The notes beneath the pieces are model-generated. The model did not search any database, was not told the DNA's origin, and saw nothing but the letters and a program-made list of their open reading frames with translations. A stretch of 20,000 bases of DNA from a bacterium UBP13_UBA5359 (GTDB lineage Bacteria > UBP13 > UBA5359): NCBI GenBank assembly GCA_002410925.1, contig DHPR01000027.1, forward strand, positions 57,676 to 77,675. The letters are read 5' to 3'. Below, one piece after another: positions 16,652 to 20,000 of this stretch. How positions within the stretch are numbered: the stretch's first letter is position 1; the number at the start of each line of letters is the position of its first letter. A program made the translations under genes and the position numbers.

Positions 16652-17824
16652 TCATCCTCCTGTGATTACCATGTTGTCACGATGCACGATTTCATCGTAT
16701 GAAGCATGCCCCAGCAACTTTTCAATCTCATCGCCATGGCGGCCGGCTATAACGCGGGCCTCGCTGGAAGAGTAATTACTCAGACCACGAGCAACTTCCC
16801 GCCCCTGAGCATCAATTATGCCCACCAGATCACCGGCAGCAAATTCACCATTCACACCTACCATGCCGACGGGCAAAAGACTTCCTCCGCCAATGGTAAG
16901 CGCCTTGACGGCACCATCATTTATCTCCAGCTTTCCCTTGGGATAACGGCTGAAAGCCAGCCAGCGTTTGCGTCCGGTTAAAGTGCTTCGCCGCGGCAAA
17001 AATACCGTACCCGGAAAGCTCTCTTCTTTTGCAAAAGAGGCCAACCTGTCCAACTCACGGCCTGCAGCTATAACCATAACTATACCGGAGTTCATACAAA
17101 TACGGGCTGCCGCCAGTTTTGTCGTCATACCGCCGGTACCCGCTGTGCTTCCCGCTCCGGTTGCCGCCCTTTCTATCTCCGGCGTAAGCCGCTCCACCAC
17201 TTCAATGCGCCGGGCTTTGGAATCATGCCGGGGATCAGCTGTATGCATACCGTCTACATCGGAAAGATTCAGCAACAGATCTGCCTGGCACAGTCCGGCC
17301 AGCAAAGCTGCCAATGTATCGTTGTCACCAAAGCGTATCTCTTCTACAGCTACGGTATCGTTCTCATTGGCAATAGGCAAAACACCTGCCGCAAATAGTG
17401 AAGTAAGCGCATTTCTGGCATTAAGATAACGGCGCCGGTCAGCCATGTCGCCGCGCGTCAGCAGTATCTGGGCTACCGTCTGTCCGTATCGACCGAACGC
17501 CTGCGCATAAATATTCATCAGTTCGCTCTGTCCTACGGCGGCAGCCGCCTGCTTGTCCGGAATGGTGCTCGGCTTATCTTCCATCCCCATCAGTTCCTGC
17601 CCCACCCTAACAGCTCCGGAAGTTACCAGCAGAACATCGCTGCCCCGGCGGCGCAAACCGCAGATAAACCCTGCCAGAGCATGGATATAATCCTGATCGA
17701 GCTTGCCGCCTCCGCCGGTCAGAGTATTAGAACCGACCTTGATAACAAGCCGTCTGGCATTTGTCCATCTTCGCCTGATCTCGGCTCTCTTATCTTTATT
17801 ATCCTTGTTTTTCATATTCGACAT
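16652..17824 (-). CDS. proB: Glutamate 5-kinase with PUA domain
   Basis: IKVGS, VTSGAV, AAVGQ, NENDTV, FGDND, GTGGM-x-TK and C-terminal PUA (HRDNMV). The start may be 17815. Confidence 0.98.
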   Translation of the reverse strand: MSNMKNKDNKDKRAEIRRRWTNARRLVIKVGSNTLTGGGGKLDQDYIHALAGFICGLRRRGSDVLLVTSGAVRVGQELMGMEDKPSTIPDKQAAAAVGQSELMNIYAQAFGRYGQTVAQILLTRGDMADRRRYLNARNALTSLFAAGVLPIANENDTVAVEEIRFGDNDTLAALLAGLCQADLLLNLSDVDGMHTADPRHDSKARRIEVVERLTPEIERAATGAGSTAGTGGMTTKLAAARICMNSGIVMVIAAGRELDRLASFAKEESFPGTVFLPRRSTLTGRKRWLAFSRYPKGKLEINDGAVKALTIGGGSLLPVGMVGVNGEFAAGDLVGIIDAQGREVARGLSNYSSSEARVIAGRHGDEIEKLLGHASYDEIVHRDNMVITGG

Positions 17825-17836
17825 CTCTGCCCCAAC

Positions 17837-19181
<1,345 letters not shown>

Positions 19182-19188
19182 CATTCTC

Positions 19189-19455
19189 TTAAACACCGGC
19201 GGCTTCAGTAATAACACTCACCGTTTTGCCGTTCTTGCCACTGGTGGTGAAGCTCACCTTGCCATCTGCCGTAGCAAAGAGGGTATCATCCCTGCCCAGG
19301 CCGACATTAAGACCGGGCTTTATTCTTGTTCCTCTTTGGCGGACAATAATTGCACCGGCCTTTATTATCTTTCCATCGGAACTCTTTACGCCCAGCCGGT
19401 GAGAATTGCTATCCCGGCCGTTCCTGGAACTACCTACACCTTTTTTATGTGCCAT
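19189..19455 (-). CDS. rpmA: 50S ribosomal protein L27 (short form, no N-terminal extension)
   Basis: [16 protein letters not shown]...RQRGT...GRDDTLFA. Confidence 0.99.
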   Translation of the reverse strand: MAHKKGVGSSRNGRDSNSHRLGVKSSDGKIIKAGAIIVRQRGTRIKPGLNVGLGRDDTLFATADGKVSFTTSGKNGKTVSVITEAAGV

Positions 19456-19470
19456 TTGCCGTCACTCCCC

Positions 19471-19782
19471 TCAAGCTATAATGCTTTCAATCTTTATTTC
19501 AGTAAACGGCTGTCTGTGTCCGCTTTTCTTCTTGTAATGCTTCTTAGGCATATACTTGAAAACAATGATTTTACGGGCCTTGTCCTGAGCCAACACCTTA
19601 GCCGTAACCTTAACCCCCTCGACATAAGGGCGGCCAATCCGGACCTGTCCATCCTGCTCAAGCAATAGAATTTTATCGAATTCTATTGAGCTTCCCTTAT
19701 CGCCATCCAGCTTCTCCACTCTGAGGATATCGCCTTCAGCAACTTTGAATTGCTTACCGCCGGTCTCAATAACTGCGTACAT
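19471..19782 (-). CDS. rplU: 50S ribosomal protein L21
   Basis: [14 protein letters not shown]...[11 protein letters not shown]. Confidence 0.99.
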   Translation of the reverse strand: MYAVIETGGKQFKVAEGDILRVEKLDGDKGSSIEFDKILLLEQDGQVRIGRPYVEGVKVTAKVLAQDKARKIIVFKYMPKKHYKKKSGHRQPFTEIKIESIIA

Positions 19783-19798
19783 TAAATTAACTCCCTTA

Positions 19799-19857
19799 CC
19801 GCAGGCTCGCCAGGAATAAGGGTGGCAAAAGCCTTAAAACCCTCCCTGAGCGGCAGA
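19799..19857 (-). ncRNA. Probable L21 leader (ribosomal protein autoregulatory RNA)
   Basis: Minus strand CCGCTCAGG-GAGGGT...ACCCTT-ATT-CCTGGCGAG directly upstream of the rplU RBS. The paired stems and the CCGC...GGCGAG motifs fit the L21 leader as I recall it. Confidence 0.65.
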
Positions 19858-19885
19858 AACGGCGCATGACAACGCCGCTTCGATG

Positions 19886-19915
19886 ATTTTATCACCAATG
19901 ACATGAGCTTGTCAA
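19886..19915 (-). promoter_or_regulatory. Sigma70/SigA promoter for rplU-rpmA
   Basis: Minus strand TTGACA-18 bp-TAAAAT with an extended -10 TG. Confidence 0.7.
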
Positions 19916-20000
19916 ACTATGTTATTGACATCGATTATCTCGCTATAGTTGTATAAGAGAAATATAAATGCTATATTTATTATATCACTACATTATTTCC

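Noticed and set aside
15815..17429. Several 90-200-aa plus-strand ORFs
   Set aside because: Antisense shadows of proA and proB.
19925..19957. Plus-strand TTGACA promoter near the right edge
   Set aside because: The candidate -10 boxes lie 13 or 21 bp away, and the downstream gene is outside the window.

Overview
A mostly housekeeping window (about 50% GC by eye) from a scaffolded assembly with two N-gaps, probably from an anaerobic Terrabacteria-type bacterium. Nearly all genes are on the minus strand. Read right to left: L21 leader, rplU, rpmA, obgE, proB, proA, signal peptidase I, GerMN protein; a roughly 400-bp structured intergenic region; a thiE-like gene and a small membrane protein; a four-subunit 2-oxoacid:ferredoxin oxidoreductase (Vor-like) with an M20 peptidase T-like gene; spoVS, a PHP phosphoesterase and nikR; then yebC, ruvC, ruvA, ruvB, queH and queA (truncated at the edge). 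One divergently transcribed plus-strand pair interrupts this: an atypical long ROK-family protein and a PIG-L-family de-N-acetylase. No CRISPR array, rRNA, tRNA, intact transposase or defence system is visible, and no clearly novel system is proven. The best leads are: the ROK/PIG-L amino-sugar module; the structured non-TPP leader upstream of a divergent thiE, with a nearby IS3-like end; and a mosaic of a SigH-type spoVS promoter with a short L27 and no prp or spo0B. All calls come from reading motifs by eye; no searches were run.
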